DNA of 64,000 bases from a virus, in IMG/VR virus record IMGVR_UViG_3300045988_103544, positions 18,803 to 82,802 of that record. The stretch is one strand, 5' to 3'. Shown here piece by piece: positions 1 through 11,395 of this stretch. The position numbers were made by a program, and so were the translations under genes. Every line of letters begins with the position of its first letter. Positions within the stretch are counted from its first letter, which is position 1. Below the pieces are notes generated by a model, which was not told the DNA's origin, ran no database searches, and was given only the letters and a program-made list of their open reading frames with translations.

Positions 1-1406
1 TGTGTAATCCAATCTACTGGGAAACAACATTTATTGGTATCAACATCAATATGGTCTTTATAATCAGACCAAGTATGCTGCCAATCTTGAATAATTCTAT
101 TTAAATCAAGAGTAATAACATTTTTACTACCAGTCATTATACCTATTTGACCATTAGTAGTATTAAATGTATTTTCTTGTACGGCATTCTGTAAACGACA
201 ACATGAACTTAAACTATCTACACTACGAGACAAATAAGTAAAGAAAGAATTTCCTTGAGCATATTCATTGCATATAAAATGGAAAGTATCTAAATCTTTA
301 AAATTACCTTCCTTATCTGTTAAGCAAGCATAACTACACACAGGAAATGTTAAGATACATTTTAATCTTTCTTGATTTAACCAATGTAAATAACGTCTTT
401 GTAACCAATTAGTAGAATTCCATTCTGGCTTTGTTCCATCTGGAAATACAAATTCTCCAAACATACCTTCAAAGAAATATTTATCGAAGAATGAAAAATT
501 TGTAAATGGGGACTGCATTCCTCTAGCTCCTGCTATTTGATTAATGGAATAAGTTACCTGTTGGAAATATTGATCAATTTGACTGCCAATAGTTTTCTGT
601 TTTATACAATAATCTGTAGTTATTTTTACACTTGGTTTGAGATAATAATTATTTCCCCATTCTTTTCTACAGAAATAATCCATGTACATCAGAAACTCAG
701 GAGTAGCTACTGCTCCTTTAATTTCAGAGGCTAATGCAAAGTTTAAATTTACATAAATACCACAGAATGAATCAAGGTTCTTTGGAACAGCTGATTTACC
801 TCCTAATTTCTCTAATCCAAACAACAAGAAAGGATACATAGAAGCTGCCATACAATATGGTTCCCCTACTTGAGAAGATGAGTCATGAGGATACAAAATA
901 GTTTTAAAGTCATTCCTCATAACTTTTATATTAAAGTTAGGGTCTCTCTTCCTTACAAAACTTTCCCACCATTCTGTATTAGTAAGTTTATTATCGACTT
1001 TATGTATTTCAGCGTTTAATACTCCAATACCTTTAGTTCCAACATTACTATTATCATCAATAGTAGCATTAGCAGTATTATCAGACTTTACAAAATTATG
1101 AATAAATTTAATATCCCTAGTAGCATGATTTCTAATATCTTCACGTTCTTTACGATATAGAATATATTTTTTAGCTACGTTGTAGTATCCTAAATCCATT
1201 AAGAGTTCTTCAATTTGGTCTTGAATATCCTCAATAGATTGATCTTCAGTCTCTACTACAGAATTAGTTATCTCAGTAACTGCTCTGTAAATATCTTCGT
1301 CCATTGTCTTACTAGAATTTTGGGTAATTCCAAAAGCCTTTAGTACAGCATCTCTAATTTTGTTTCTGTTAAATTCTTCTTTAGTTCCGTCTCTTTTTAT
1401 TACCAT
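1..1406 (-). CDS. nrdD: Anaerobic ribonucleoside-triphosphate reductase (class III, NrdD), partial; runs off the window start
   Basis: Open minus-strand frame from ATG 1406 to the window edge, which is why it is missing from the ORF track. N-terminal ATP-cone (MVIKRDGTKEEFNRNKIRDAVLKAF...IEELLMDLGYYNVAKKYILYRKERE) then NrdD-like core, close to E. coli NrdD MKRDGCKVPF...YIEYRHDRD. Confidence 0.7.
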   Translation of the reverse strand, partial: MVIKRDGTKEEFNRNKIRDAVLKAFGITQNSSKTMDEDIYRAVTEITNSVVETEDQSIEDIQDQIEELLMDLGYYNVAKKYILYRKEREDIRNHATRDIKFIHNFVKSDNTANATIDDNSNVGTKGIGVLNAEIHKVDNKLTNTEWWESFVRKRDPNFNIKVMRNDFKTILYPHDSSSQVGEPYCMAASMYPFLLFGLEKLGGKSAVPKNLDSFCGIYVNLNFALASEIKGAVATPEFLMYMDYFCRKEWGNNYYLKPSVKITTDYCIKQKTIGSQIDQYFQQVTYSINQIAGARGMQSPFTNFSFFDKYFFEGMFGEFVFPDGTKPEWNSTNWLQRRYLHWLNQERLKCILTFPVCSYACLTDKEGNFKDLDTFHFICNEYAQGNSFFTYLSRSVDSLSSCCRLQNAVQENTFNTTNGQIGIMTGSKNVITLDLNRIIQDWQHTWSDYKDHIDVDTNKCCFPVDWIT

Positions 1407-1512
1407 AAATAACATTTATAAATTAACATTTTAAATCATCTACGAAATAAGCACTATAATACTAGTACTGAACTAATAATATAGTGCTTATATAGTTATT
1501 TCAAAATATTAT

Positions 1513-2307
1513 TTACAAAGTTAAAATGCTATTTACTAATAAAGTTTTCTCAACTTGATTCATAATATCCTTTTTCATAGAATCAGTTATAATTTGAGTA
1601 AATGCATTATATACAGTAAACATATTTGCGTTATCATCTGATATAAGATATGGACTATCTTTTTTATCAAATAATAATTTATAAGCATCAATAGGAGTTG
1701 ATGTGGCTAATTTTACTTTACCAAAACCATTATCAATAGATTCAGACATACAGTTACGAATCCATCTACCCAAATGTTCATTTACAAAACTTTTATTAGT
1801 ATAGTCAAAATCTGTATCTGCAAAGCGTCTGAGGGTGACTCCTATCTCTGTAGTTTGCTCTACAAGTCTTGTAATTGGTTTAAAGTCAATGGGAGTCTCT
1901 GGTTCTATCTCATTAACTACTAAACTATCTGGATTAAACACACAAAGGTTAGTGCAAGCAGAATTTACGGCACCTGAGTATATTTTTACAACAGCTTTTC
2001 TAGTATCTAGACCATATACCATACCAATTACTTGCTGATGATTAGCATATTGATATTCATTTGGTAATACTGCTTCCAACCATACTCTATTAAAAGTTAA
2101 ATCAGCAGTATCTATGTCACCATTTTTATTATAAGTGATTTGATCAGGTAATTTTACATGTACTCTAATATCAGAAGTTAATTTTTGAACTCTTTCTAGG
2201 AAAGGCTCAATATATCCTCTAGTAGGAAGATAATCTTTACCTTTAATACTAGTAGCTTTTCCTTTTAATACTTCTTCTAAAGTAAATTCAGTTGGCATTC
2301 TCTCCAT
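1513..2307 (-). CDS. hypothetical protein (264 aa)
   Basis: Long minus ORF, standard code, tightly packed. Confidence 0.55.
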   Translation of the reverse strand: MERMPTEFTLEEVLKGKATSIKGKDYLPTRGYIEPFLERVQKLTSDIRVHVKLPDQITYNKNGDIDTADLTFNRVWLEAVLPNEYQYANHQQVIGMVYGLDTRKAVVKIYSGAVNSACTNLCVFNPDSLVVNEIEPETPIDFKPITRLVEQTTEIGVTLRRFADTDFDYTNKSFVNEHLGRWIRNCMSESIDNGFGKVKLATSTPIDAYKLLFDKKDSPYLISDDNANMFTVYNAFTQIITDSMKKDIMNQVEKTLLVNSILTL

Positions 2308-2517
2308 TATATGTGAAAAACATTATGTTATCAATAATTTCTTTATCTAATAATTTTTGTACTAAATTATGAGGAGTATCTTCCGCATAATTAACTTTAT
2401 TTATATCTACACTAGTAATATATATCCACTTACTCCCGTTGTATAATATTTGCCCACAGGGATATGAATTTTTATAGCAGATAAGTAGTGTCTTGTTATC
2501 TTTAGTAATTTCATTAG

Positions 2518-3138
2518 TTACCATCTTAATGTAGTGAGAAACTCTTCATCAGATACTTCTTCAAAGTCTCCGTCTCCGTAAATAACATCTGAGATATTAT
2601 ATTCTACTATTTTAAACTCTGGTTTGCCATGACTATGCCAATATTCTGTAACATGTTTTGCATTACAATTGGGACTAGGACCTAATGCAATACTACAAGA
2701 AAATTTATTAGTTTCATAGCAATGTCCTTTATAAAAGTTTTGACATTTCTTTATATAGTCAATAATAGTATTAACTTCTCCTGGGCAAGTAATAACTTCT
2801 TTTAGTGGGAGAACTTTTTTATAATCTCTATAAGCAGGTTTATCAGGAGTAGCTTCTTTATAATCATCTTCTATACCTCCTTCTAAGAGTTGCTTAATTA
2901 ATATTTCAAAAGTATCATCCCAAGTATCCTTAATACCATATGCATACATATAAGTGTCTCTTATATAATTAAAATTATCTTGAGATAAATAATGTCTAGC
3001 ATATAAAGGATCTTTTTCACTATCTTTAAATCCATTCTTAATAAGCTCATCCAAATCTATAGAAGGCTGAGCCCATCTATACATTTCTACAAAACACTTA
3101 TGTAAAGCTTCCTGTAAAATGTCTTCTCTGCTAATCAT
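2518..3138 (-). CDS. hypothetical protein (206 aa)
   Basis: Minus ORF overlapping its neighbours by a few nt. Confidence 0.5.
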   Translation of the reverse strand: MISREDILQEALHKCFVEMYRWAQPSIDLDELIKNGFKDSEKDPLYARHYLSQDNFNYIRDTYMYAYGIKDTWDDTFEILIKQLLEGGIEDDYKEATPDKPAYRDYKKVLPLKEVITCPGEVNTIIDYIKKCQNFYKGHCYETNKFSCSIALGPSPNCNAKHVTEYWHSHGKPEFKIVEYNISDVIYGDGDFEEVSDEEFLTTLRW

Positions 3139-3681
3139 CGTTGTTAGTATAAAATTCTAATAATCTAAAATTATCTGCTATATGTTTAGTATCTATTAAG
3201 TCATTGACTAATTCTAATAATGTACCTTTACATGTATCAAATTGATCATTATCTATATTGTCACAAAAATACCACAGATCGGTATCTGAACAATATGAAA
3301 TTCTTCCTACAGCCATACCTTCTTTGTAAACAATAATTATGCCTTTATAATTATTAGTAATAGCTGCTAAATCTATAGTAGTATCACTACTTTTAGGAAT
3401 AGTAATATATTTTATTGTTTAAAGTCAATTAATTTAAAACTATCGGCGTAATTATTTGACATTATAGCTTTTAGTAATGCTAGCAAATTTTCATTACATT
3501 TAAAACTACAATCTATAGTAATATCATCGAAATATTCCCATGTAATATCTTCATTGTTATAGCCAATGAATCCAACTGGTTTATTACATTTGTATGCTAA
3601 AATAATACCCCGAAGTATTCTCATTTATATCAGAAATATCTATAAATTTATCGGATATTTCTGGAAGTCTTATGTCTCTTA

Positions 3682-5208
3682 TTAATTATTTCCTTTAATA
3701 GTTCCCATCAAAATATCTTTATCTTTTACAATAGTATAATTAATACTCCATTTAGTATGTCCAAAATTAGCTGTAATATAATTACTACTACCATACATAC
3801 TACCTACTGATATATAATCAAACTGCTTACCAGTAGTATAAGCATAATTATGTAAATCACCTTTTACTACATAAATATGAGGACTACATATACCTTTTTC
3901 TGCTATATAATTAGCAAAGAATAATTCAGTCTGAGGATTTAAAGTAAGAGGAAATTGTCTAGTCTGAAAATTATTATCTTTACCATGAGCATATAGGAAC
4001 TGATGATCTCCAATGATAAAGTTATCAATAGGATAGTTACTAATATAACTCTTAATATTATATTTAGTTAAATATGCAGCTAAGAGTTTTTGATTTAACC
4101 ATTCAAAATCCCCACCATGATTAGATTCTCCTATAGAGAGATAATTAAAATCTTCACTTTTTACTTTTACTGTGAGAGTAGCAAAGAACTCCATCATACA
4201 CTCTATAAATGCTTCACTAATTTCTTTATTATCAAGAATCTCAGGAAGCTCATGACCTCCTCTAGTAGTTTCTTTATTGAATCCATCAATAGAATCTCCA
4301 AGATTAACTACATATACAGAATGATATTCTTGTCCCACAAAAGATTCCACAATTCTAGATAATCTAGATTTAATTTCTTGAACATCATAAGAAGGTAACT
4401 GTACAAAACTACTATATTTAGCATTATAAGCTCCGATATGTAAATCAGATAACCATATAATTAAATCAGGATATTTTGCTTCTTTATTATTAATATTTAC
4501 TGGAAGCTCTTTATAATCCTTTACTGTATTTTTAATAGTATCTTCTATAAGTTCCCTATTTAAAGACTTAGAGGTTTCCTTAGTTAACTTAGTAACTAAA
4601 GCTCTTAAATCCTTTACCTCATCTTTCTCTATTCTTTTTAAGAAATCATTCTCTTTTTCTCTAAGATGCATTTCTTTTAATTCATCTTCAGTATATTCTT
4701 CATACATATGAGGAGCAAATGGAGAGGATGCTTTAGTAATATTAAAAGCTCGTAAAATTCTTTTAAAGTCAATAAGAGAATAGTCTGGGAAATATCTGCT
4801 GACAATCTGCTGGGTTAAACCAGAACCGTAATAAGTATACATTCTATATACACTATTCATTTCGTTTCTAGTAAAGACTCCTGTGATTGCGGGCTTATTT
4901 CTTCTGAAAATCTCAAACTTATATTCAGTAATTTTACCAGTCTCCTCGTCTCTTATTTCCCAAGTATTAGAAGCATCATCTGTATCTCTCTTTACTTCTT
5001 TTTTCTTAGTATCCTTTAGTCTATCATATAATTCCAATATCTTCTTGTCATCTTCATCTTTATTTTCTTTCTTTCTAAGATTTCTCATTGTAATATATAC
5101 AGTATTTATATTTTTTCCTGATATAGTACACTGAGCTTTTAAAGAACGATTATTATTAATTGCATCATTAAAGAACTTAATATAAGAAGATTTTGTTGCT
5201 TGTTTCAT
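3682..5208 (-). CDS. Calcineurin-like metallophosphoesterase with ~250-aa N-terminal extension
   Basis: Motifs in order: DLHIG (D-x-H), LGDSIDG (GDxxD), ESNHGGD (GNH[DE]), YAHGK, GDLHN. Confidence 0.55.
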   Translation of the reverse strand: MKQATKSSYIKFFNDAINNNRSLKAQCTISGKNINTVYITMRNLRKKENKDEDDKKILELYDRLKDTKKKEVKRDTDDASNTWEIRDEETGKITEYKFEIFRRNKPAITGVFTRNEMNSVYRMYTYYGSGLTQQIVSRYFPDYSLIDFKRILRAFNITKASSPFAPHMYEEYTEDELKEMHLREKENDFLKRIEKDEVKDLRALVTKLTKETSKSLNRELIEDTIKNTVKDYKELPVNINNKEAKYPDLIIWLSDLHIGAYNAKYSSFVQLPSYDVQEIKSRLSRIVESFVGQEYHSVYVVNLGDSIDGFNKETTRGGHELPEILDNKEISEAFIECMMEFFATLTVKVKSEDFNYLSIGESNHGGDFEWLNQKLLAAYLTKYNIKSYISNYPIDNFIIGDHQFLYAHGKDNNFQTRQFPLTLNPQTELFFANYIAEKGICSPHIYVVKGDLHNYAYTTGKQFDYISVGSMYGSSNYITANFGHTKWSINYTIVKDKDILMGTIKGNN

Positions 5209-5280
5209 ACTTTTTTAAAAATTAGATAGCTGTTACGCCTTTATAAATAAAAGTATCTAGTAAAATAAAAGGTATCTAAA

Positions 5281-5316
5281 TTAAAAAAGGCAGATACTCT
5301 CGCGAGCACCTGCCTT
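5281..5316 (-). terminator. Rho-independent terminator downstream of CDS 5339-5983
   Basis: Minus-strand hairpin AAGGCAG...CTGCCTT (7 bp) followed by TTTTTTAATTT. Confidence 0.5.
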
Positions 5317-5338
5317 ACTTTAAAAATTATGAATAAAA

Positions 5339-5983
5339 TTAAAATTCCAAACCAAAGAACATATAGCGACCATTCTTAGTACTCTTAGATGGAGCATAAG
5401 TTACAGTAGCTACTACTGGGTCAGAGCCAATAGACTCCTTACCCTGAACGATATCGATCTGACCCTTAAAGCCCTTCTTAATAAGTTCCTTAGCCATTTC
5501 CTTAGCTGCGGTCTTAGTAGGACGAATAACCTTTGTATCTGGCTCAACACGACCAGTATCGTTACCATCCTTATCAAGAATTGCTTCACCAGCCTTTTCG
5601 TTCTTTACACGCTCAGACTTCAAAGTTTTCAGTACTTCCTTTGTATCGTGGTCTACCAAATCAAACTTCTTCTGAGTATCACGCTTACCCTCAGTCTTAA
5701 TATCAACAACCTTCCAAGGACGCTCACGTGTACTTACAACAGCACTAGAAAGAGTTACAATGAAACCACTACCAGGAGCATTCTTAGTCTTTTTCTTCAA
5801 ATACTCCAGCTTAAATTCCTTCTCATCATTAGAAGTTACTTTAGCATTCTTCTCATGGAACTTCTTCCATGCCTGTGTTGCATCACCATTAATATGAAAA
5901 TTCTCTTTCTCTACCTGTGCTACTGCTGCTTCCTTTGTTTCTGCACTTACTTCAAAACTCTTAAAATTAAAAATTTCACTCAT
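5339..5983 (-). CDS. hypothetical protein; GC-richer than flanks; likely start MSEIFNF
   Basis: 226-aa ORF with internal Met preceded by non-coding-looking codons; GC-rich codons (GCG, CCG) unlike neighbours. Confidence 0.5.
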   Translation of the reverse strand: MSEIFNFKSFEVSAETKEAAVAQVEKENFHINGDATQAWKKFHEKNAKVTSNDEKEFKLEYLKKKTKNAPGSGFIVTLSSAVVSTRERPWKVVDIKTEGKRDTQKKFDLVDHDTKEVLKTLKSERVKNEKAGEAILDKDGNDTGRVEPDTKVIRPTKTAAKEMAKELIKKGFKGQIDIVQGKESIGSDPVVATVTYAPSKSTKNGRYMFFGLEF

Positions 5984-6113
5984 TTTCAAAAATATATTAA
6001 CATTAATTCTTATTATCAAATCATCTGCGATGTTTTTTTCTTTATCTTTATAAGGCTAATATAATCTATATTTTTTGCCTCCAAAAAGAAAATTATAAAA
6101 AAATTAATTTTTT

Positions 6114-6473
6114 TTAGAATGGAAGAAATTTTCCCATTAATTCTCTTATTTTTGTTGGCATATCTTTTGGTTGCACGCCAAATGTTGGAAAATCGGTACA
6201 TCCATATGAAAAATCCTCAGTGATGATAGCAATAGCTTGTATTGTATCTTCATCAAGACCTGTTTTTTCTGCTAATTTAGCAGTTACTTCATAATAAGTA
6301 ACTCCAGGTTTTTTCTTCTTCATAGAATTTACCATATATCCAAGTAATGATATAAGTGCAAATTTTAAATTTATACTTTCCCCTAAAGACCCTAAACTAA
6401 AGTATTTACGATATAAATCGGAAAGTTTAGTATAATCAGGTCTCTTGAGTAATTCCGAATCCCTCATAACCAT
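6114..6473 (-). CDS. hypothetical protein (119 aa)
   Basis: Minus ORF. Confidence 0.4.
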   Translation of the reverse strand: MVMRDSELLKRPDYTKLSDLYRKYFSLGSLGESINLKFALISLLGYMVNSMKKKKPGVTYYEVTAKLAEKTGLDEDTIQAIAIITEDFSYGCTDFPTFGVQPKDMPTKIRELMGKFLPF

Positions 6474-7482
6474 GCATACAATAGAATGCTACTAATTTAA
6501 GAAGGTGAGTAAACTCTTTAAATCCTTTATTAAAAAGTTCTCTAGTCATAGGAACTACTTTAGTATTAAAATTTGGAATAGTTTCTACTACTAAGAAATT
6601 ACTTCTAATTTTAGGATTCTCAATGTTATAATTCTTCTTAGCAGCCATAGTTAATAACCAACTATATAAAGCCATCTCTCTATAATAGTGATATTTAATA
6701 AGAGCTCCTTTAGCAAAATTATTTATTAAATCTCCTGTGGTTTTTAAATCATTTACAGTGATTATTCCTTCTTCTTTATCTATACTATAATTATCAAGTT
6801 TAGACTTAATTTTTAGTATAAAAGGTTTATGCTCTGGAGCCTCTACTAAAACATCTATAAGGAAAGCTATCTCATTACCAATAATTGGTTGTTCTAGTGA
6901 CCCTTCAGGGTTTAGTAAAGATTGAATTTGTGTATCACTATCTAGAGACTCTAGACAGACTTTCAGTTTAGCATGATTTTTAGGATCTGTAAATATTGGT
7001 GTTCTAGCATCATTATTTTCTTTTTCAAAAGCTTTTCTATTACACCAGTATTGAGCGCAGTCTGCTAACACTTTTTCTATTTTTTTATCTGACATTTTAT
7101 CTTTATAATAATCACATTTATCAGATGCTTCTAATATAATATCATTAGTAACATTGATACCTTGTGTTTTCTTATAAATATAGTCTGCCATTGACCCCAT
7201 TTTAGCAGTAGGTCTGCTAACATCTGTTAGAAAGAAGTCATCAGGTTGTAAAACTAAAGTATGTAGCCAACTACCAAATTCCAAACTAGTTGTATTTAAC
7301 TTAGTCTTACCCCAATTATCAAAGAACTCTGTTGGAGAACCCTCTTGATCTGGATTTATCTTAGATAATCTAGAGTTTGAGATATAATTATTATACTTTT
7401 CTGAAAAATAAGTATTATCATCAATATCTTCAACTCTTAAAGTCTCTATCAGAGGTTTAATAGAAATTTGACTTAATTTCAC
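6436..7482 (-). CDS. Putative PD-(D/E)XK-type nuclease (348 aa)
   Basis: VNDLKTTG (D..K) and downstream YHYYREMALYS resemble the PD-(D/E)XK core; weak. Confidence 0.35.
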   Translation of the reverse strand: MKLSQISIKPLIETLRVEDIDDNTYFSEKYNNYISNSRLSKINPDQEGSPTEFFDNWGKTKLNTTSLEFGSWLHTLVLQPDDFFLTDVSRPTAKMGSMADYIYKKTQGINVTNDIILEASDKCDYYKDKMSDKKIEKVLADCAQYWCNRKAFEKENNDARTPIFTDPKNHAKLKVCLESLDSDTQIQSLLNPEGSLEQPIIGNEIAFLIDVLVEAPEHKPFILKIKSKLDNYSIDKEEGIITVNDLKTTGDLINNFAKGALIKYHYYREMALYSWLLTMAAKKNYNIENPKIRSNFLVVETIPNFNTKVVPMTRELFNKGFKEFTHLLKLVAFYCMHGYEGFGITQET

Positions 7483-7993
7483 GTAAGTAATTGTTAAAGT
7501 CTTCCGACTCTTTTATACATTCATACCCATATTCTATCTCTTCTTTATCTAAACTATAAATCTTACCATAAGGACCCCATTTTTCATTAGATTCAGAAGC
7601 TATTAATAAGCAAGGCAATCCTGCTAGATTCATCTGAATAAAATTATTAATAGAATCATCAATGAAAATATCAACTCTACCTTTTATATACCGAGCTTTA
7701 TTAGCACGCTGATATAAGACTTGATAAACAGGTTTATTAGGATAACCATTATTCTTTAGCCATGTTTTACTATAGTCTTTATTGCATACTCTTTTAGTAC
7801 AATATAATTCAGGTATAAAGTTTATTTTATTTTTTACTGGAAGATTTATCCACCATTCTCTGTCTTTTATTAAAACTTGTTGTACATTTTTTGTTATTTC
7901 TTCATCAGACTTAGGATATCCAAATCTTTTTAAATATGGATTCATAAACTCATTTAAGGTATCATCTAAATCTAAACCAATTCTTAATTTCAT
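7457..7993 (-). CDS. HAD-superfamily 5'(3')-deoxyribonucleotidase-like protein
   Basis: N-terminal HAD motif I, MKLRIGLDLDDTL (DxDxT). Confidence 0.55.
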   Translation of the reverse strand: MKLRIGLDLDDTLNEFMNPYLKRFGYPKSDEEITKNVQQVLIKDREWWINLPVKNKINFIPELYCTKRVCNKDYSKTWLKNNGYPNKPVYQVLYQRANKARYIKGRVDIFIDDSINNFIQMNLAGLPCLLIASESNEKWGPYGKIYSLDKEEIEYGYECIKESEDFNNYLREIKSNFY

Positions 7994-8416
7994 AGATTAA
8001 ATAATTCCTCAATATCTCTTATATATGTTACCCCAATACCTTTCTTAGCCAATTCAGCTCTGATATTTATCCAGCTATCATTGTTATCAAGAATAGCATA
8101 TGTATCATCGTCTAAATTTAAGTACTTATCAACTTCTTCTTTAGCCTTTTCAACAGCTTCCTCATATGAAGATGCTGTTAACTTATGAAGTTTATTTTTA
8201 TTACTCTGACAAATTGCAAAAATATAATTATTCATTTGGTATTGTTATATATAATTATCATTATAAAAATAAATAATATCATTACAGCGATTGGGAGTGA
8301 TAAAAATATCACCATTATTAATGTTACCCAACTCCATAACAATATTCCAAAAATCTTAAGTAAAATTAATATTATACTTATTATAAAATCTATTACTCCT
8401 AAGGCTAATAGTTCTC

Positions 8417-8926
8417 TCATATTAAATTATTACTTTTAGAATAACATTCTAATAAAGTATAAAAGAAATCCATAGGAACCATTGCTATTGCTCCTGGACT
8501 AACACTACCTTCTGTTGGAGCCTTCTTCCAGCATAGTACGAATGACTTGTCCTTATAAGGGCAAAAATTTTCTATCTTAAAATATGCTGGAGTATTAGCA
8601 GTATGTTTTGCTTGAATATTTATAGGTAATTTTCCAGACCTATCAATTATATCAACTTTATTATTATCTGTAAACTTACTCTCTCCTCTAGCACTTACAC
8701 ACTCAGTATACCCCATATCTCTGAGATGATGAATTATATCTGCTTCCCATGCACTTCCTTTATTTCTAGATTTTTTAGCTTGATAACTCTTCTTAGTATG
8801 GCTATCTATCCATTCATATAAAGTGCCATCAGCCATTTTTCCAGATTTATTACATCTAATTTTAAGAGCTGCTTGACTTATTTTAGTTTTCTCAGAGCAT
8901 TCCTCTATAGATGTATAATCGTGCAC
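8417..8926 (-). CDS. hypothetical protein (169 aa)
   Basis: Minus ORF. Confidence 0.45.
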   Translation of the reverse strand: MHDYTSIEECSEKTKISQAALKIRCNKSGKMADGTLYEWIDSHTKKSYQAKKSRNKGSAWEADIIHHLRDMGYTECVSARGESKFTDNNKVDIIDRSGKLPINIQAKHTANTPAYFKIENFCPYKDKSFVLCWKKAPTEGSVSPGAIAMVPMDFFYTLLECYSKSNNLI

Positions 8927-8972
8927 ATCGCCGTTTTTATATGTTATTCTAATAGCAGTATTCAGATTCTAA

Positions 8973-9983
8973 TTACTTTTTGACATAGTTACTTAATTTT
9001 TTTATATAATACTTTATAAACTTTAAAGTATTCTGTCGACCATATTTTTTATAAAAATCACTTATATCTTTTACTTTGAATTTATGAGGTATAAAGAAAT
9101 AAAGTAATTCTGGATGATTCCTTCTTATTTTAGCCATATTAAACATTCCAGGTCTATCATTATCATAAAAAGTTACTATATAAGTAAATCTTTCTTTTAG
9201 ATCATTTAACATATTTTCAGACAACCATTGTGTTTCACTATTTGGAGCACAGGCTGTTACACCTAAACTTCTTAAACACATAGTATCTTTCATACTTTTA
9301 GTTATAACTAATAAAGTACCTTTTTTAGGTAACTGACTATAACCCTGAACCTTTTTAGAGGGCCAATTTGTTAGAAATCTATATTCTTTACGTTTAGGAT
9401 AATAAATTCTCCACAATTCTTTACCTTGCATTGTTCCTCCATAATATCCGAAGATAAAGTTATCTTTGGTCTTTATAGTTTGAATATTACCATTTAAAAA
9501 TACAGTACGACAAGAATATACTTTATATTTATTTAGTAATTCTAAAGAAACTCCTTGTTTACCCCACCATTTTAATTCATCTTCTGAGAAATCTTTTATT
9601 TCTACTCGTATATCTGCTGGCTCATTTGTTTTAATAAAAGAAGTGCTTGATTGTATTACAGAATGATAATTATTTTGTCCTTTTAATAAGCCAAAATCTT
9701 TAGCTATAATGTCTAATGCTTGATGGTATTTACAAGCATACTTAGTCATAACTACTGATATAAAGTTTCCATAAAAGCTCCCATTAAAATCATGGAATAT
9801 AAGTTCTCCTTTAGAGTTACGAAAAAAGGAAGCCGTAGGATTTTTATCTTTACGTAAAGGATTACAAATTAATTTTTTTGAAACTTTTACGCCAAGATAA
9901 TACTCCATATAGGCTTCCTCTGTGTTATATTTAAGTAAGTAGTCCTTAGTAATATCTGGTTTATAGGAAAAATCTAATTCCAT
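8973..9983 (-). CDS. hypothetical protein (336 aa)
   Basis: Minus ORF. Confidence 0.5.
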   Translation of the reverse strand: MELDFSYKPDITKDYLLKYNTEEAYMEYYLGVKVSKKLICNPLRKDKNPTASFFRNSKGELIFHDFNGSFYGNFISVVMTKYACKYHQALDIIAKDFGLLKGQNNYHSVIQSSTSFIKTNEPADIRVEIKDFSEDELKWWGKQGVSLELLNKYKVYSCRTVFLNGNIQTIKTKDNFIFGYYGGTMQGKELWRIYYPKRKEYRFLTNWPSKKVQGYSQLPKKGTLLVITKSMKDTMCLRSLGVTACAPNSETQWLSENMLNDLKERFTYIVTFYDNDRPGMFNMAKIRRNHPELLYFFIPHKFKVKDISDFYKKYGRQNTLKFIKYYIKKLSNYVKK

Positions 9984-10006
9984 AAAAACTACTTACTTTA
10001 TAATTA

Positions 10007-10777
10007 CTACATATCTGCCAGCATAGCATCGAAGTCTTCATCTTGAGCCTCCTTGCCTTCAGTAGAGTCAATAGATTTAGCCTCTTCTGAATCAGCTGCT
10101 GGTACAGGAGCAGTAGGCTTACGCTTCTCCATATCTTCTTTCTGCTTAATCTCATAACTAGAGAATGACAATTTATCTTCCTCTAAGCTAGCAAAATTAT
10201 CACGGATATAGAACTGTCCATCACTATTAATAGCTCCAATATCAGGAATCTTAGCAAATACATTGCCAGTTTCCTTTGAGATTCCCTTTTCATCCTTTTT
10301 CTTTTCCTTACGACCGCTAAGCTTTAAATAAAAGTTTTTATTCATACAATGCTTAGTCAATACTGCCTGGAAAAGCTGCATGAATTGGTCAGTACTCTTA
10401 CAAGCAGGAGCTTTAGTTATAAACAATTCTTTAGCTTTATCACCACCTACTACTGTTATAATATGCAGCATAAAACCTTTAAGCTGTTCAAATGCTGAAG
10501 GAAGTACATATGGGAATTCTACACCCTTAGAATCCTTTCTCTTACCCTCATATCTTTTAGCAGAACTTTCATTAGGATAAAATAATGATTCTTGATAAGT
10601 TCCTTGTTCTCCTTCAAAATGAAGTACCAGAGATTTCCAAGTTGTACTAGGGTCTTGTTTACCTTGACCCTCCTTAGTTTCTACACTTTTTAACTGAACG
10701 AGATAAATTCCATAAGGACGAAGACCTTTCTTACTTGTAGGATTAATATCACCAAGACCCCCAAAATTCAAATTCAT
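10007..10777 (-). CDS. hypothetical protein with acidic C-terminal tail (possible SSB-like)
   Basis: 256 aa ending EAQDEDFDAMLADM, reminiscent of SSB acidic tails; speculative. Confidence 0.3.
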   Translation of the reverse strand: MNLNFGGLGDINPTSKKGLRPYGIYLVQLKSVETKEGQGKQDPSTTWKSLVLHFEGEQGTYQESLFYPNESSAKRYEGKRKDSKGVEFPYVLPSAFEQLKGFMLHIITVVGGDKAKELFITKAPACKSTDQFMQLFQAVLTKHCMNKNFYLKLSGRKEKKKDEKGISKETGNVFAKIPDIGAINSDGQFYIRDNFASLEEDKLSFSSYEIKQKEDMEKRKPTAPVPAADSEEAKSIDSTEGKEAQDEDFDAMLADM

Positions 10778-10789
10778 ATTGCTATATTA

Positions 10790-11395
10790 TTAAAGATTAT
10801 CGAAATTAAAATCATTATCTGAGATTTCTGTATCATCTGTGTTGCCGTCAATAAGACTAGCCATTTCGTCATCTAATTCATCTTCTGATGCAATATCTTC
10901 TGCTTCAGGAACTACATCTTCTTTAATCTCAGGCTCTCGATTACCTGTTAATATAAACAATCCATCAATTTTAGGATGTGGAGTAAAAGTAAACTCATTA
11001 CCATGCTCAGCAAGGTTCTGGTTATTCTTTCCTCTATATGAAACTGCATTCTTCTGAGTTAATTTATTACCTGACTGCGTACCAAATGTTTCAGCAGCTC
11101 CGATAACTAAGCACTCCTTCTTATTAAGCTTCTGCTGTTTAATATCTACTTTATCTCCTGGTTCTACACCAAGAGCTTCAACAGCAGCCTTATTAAGAGT
11201 ATACTTATTATCCTCAAGAATTAATAGTGGATTAGGATTTGTATCATCTACTTCTGAGTCTTTCTTTTTAGAAGAAGACTTACGAGTAGACGGCTTCTTT
11301 ACAGAATCATCCTTCAATTCACGTGTATCAGTAAAAATTTCACCAGTTTCTTCATTAAGCCACTCGGACTTAATTGTCATTTTAATTAGCTTCAT
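10790..11395 (-). CDS. acidic hypothetical protein (201 aa)
   Basis: Minus ORF, D/E-rich. Confidence 0.45.
   Translation of the reverse strand: MKLIKMTIKSEWLNEETGEIFTDTRELKDDSVKKPSTRKSSSKKKDSEVDDTNPNPLLILEDNKYTLNKAAVEALGVEPGDKVDIKQQKLNKKECLVIGAAETFGTQSGNKLTQKNAVSYRGKNNQNLAEHGNEFTFTPHPKIDGLFILTGNREPEIKEDVVPEAEDIASEDELDDEMASLIDGNTDDTEISDNDFNFDNL

Noticed and set aside
537-734. Plus-strand ORF of 65 aa
   Set aside because: Antisense within the NrdD coding region
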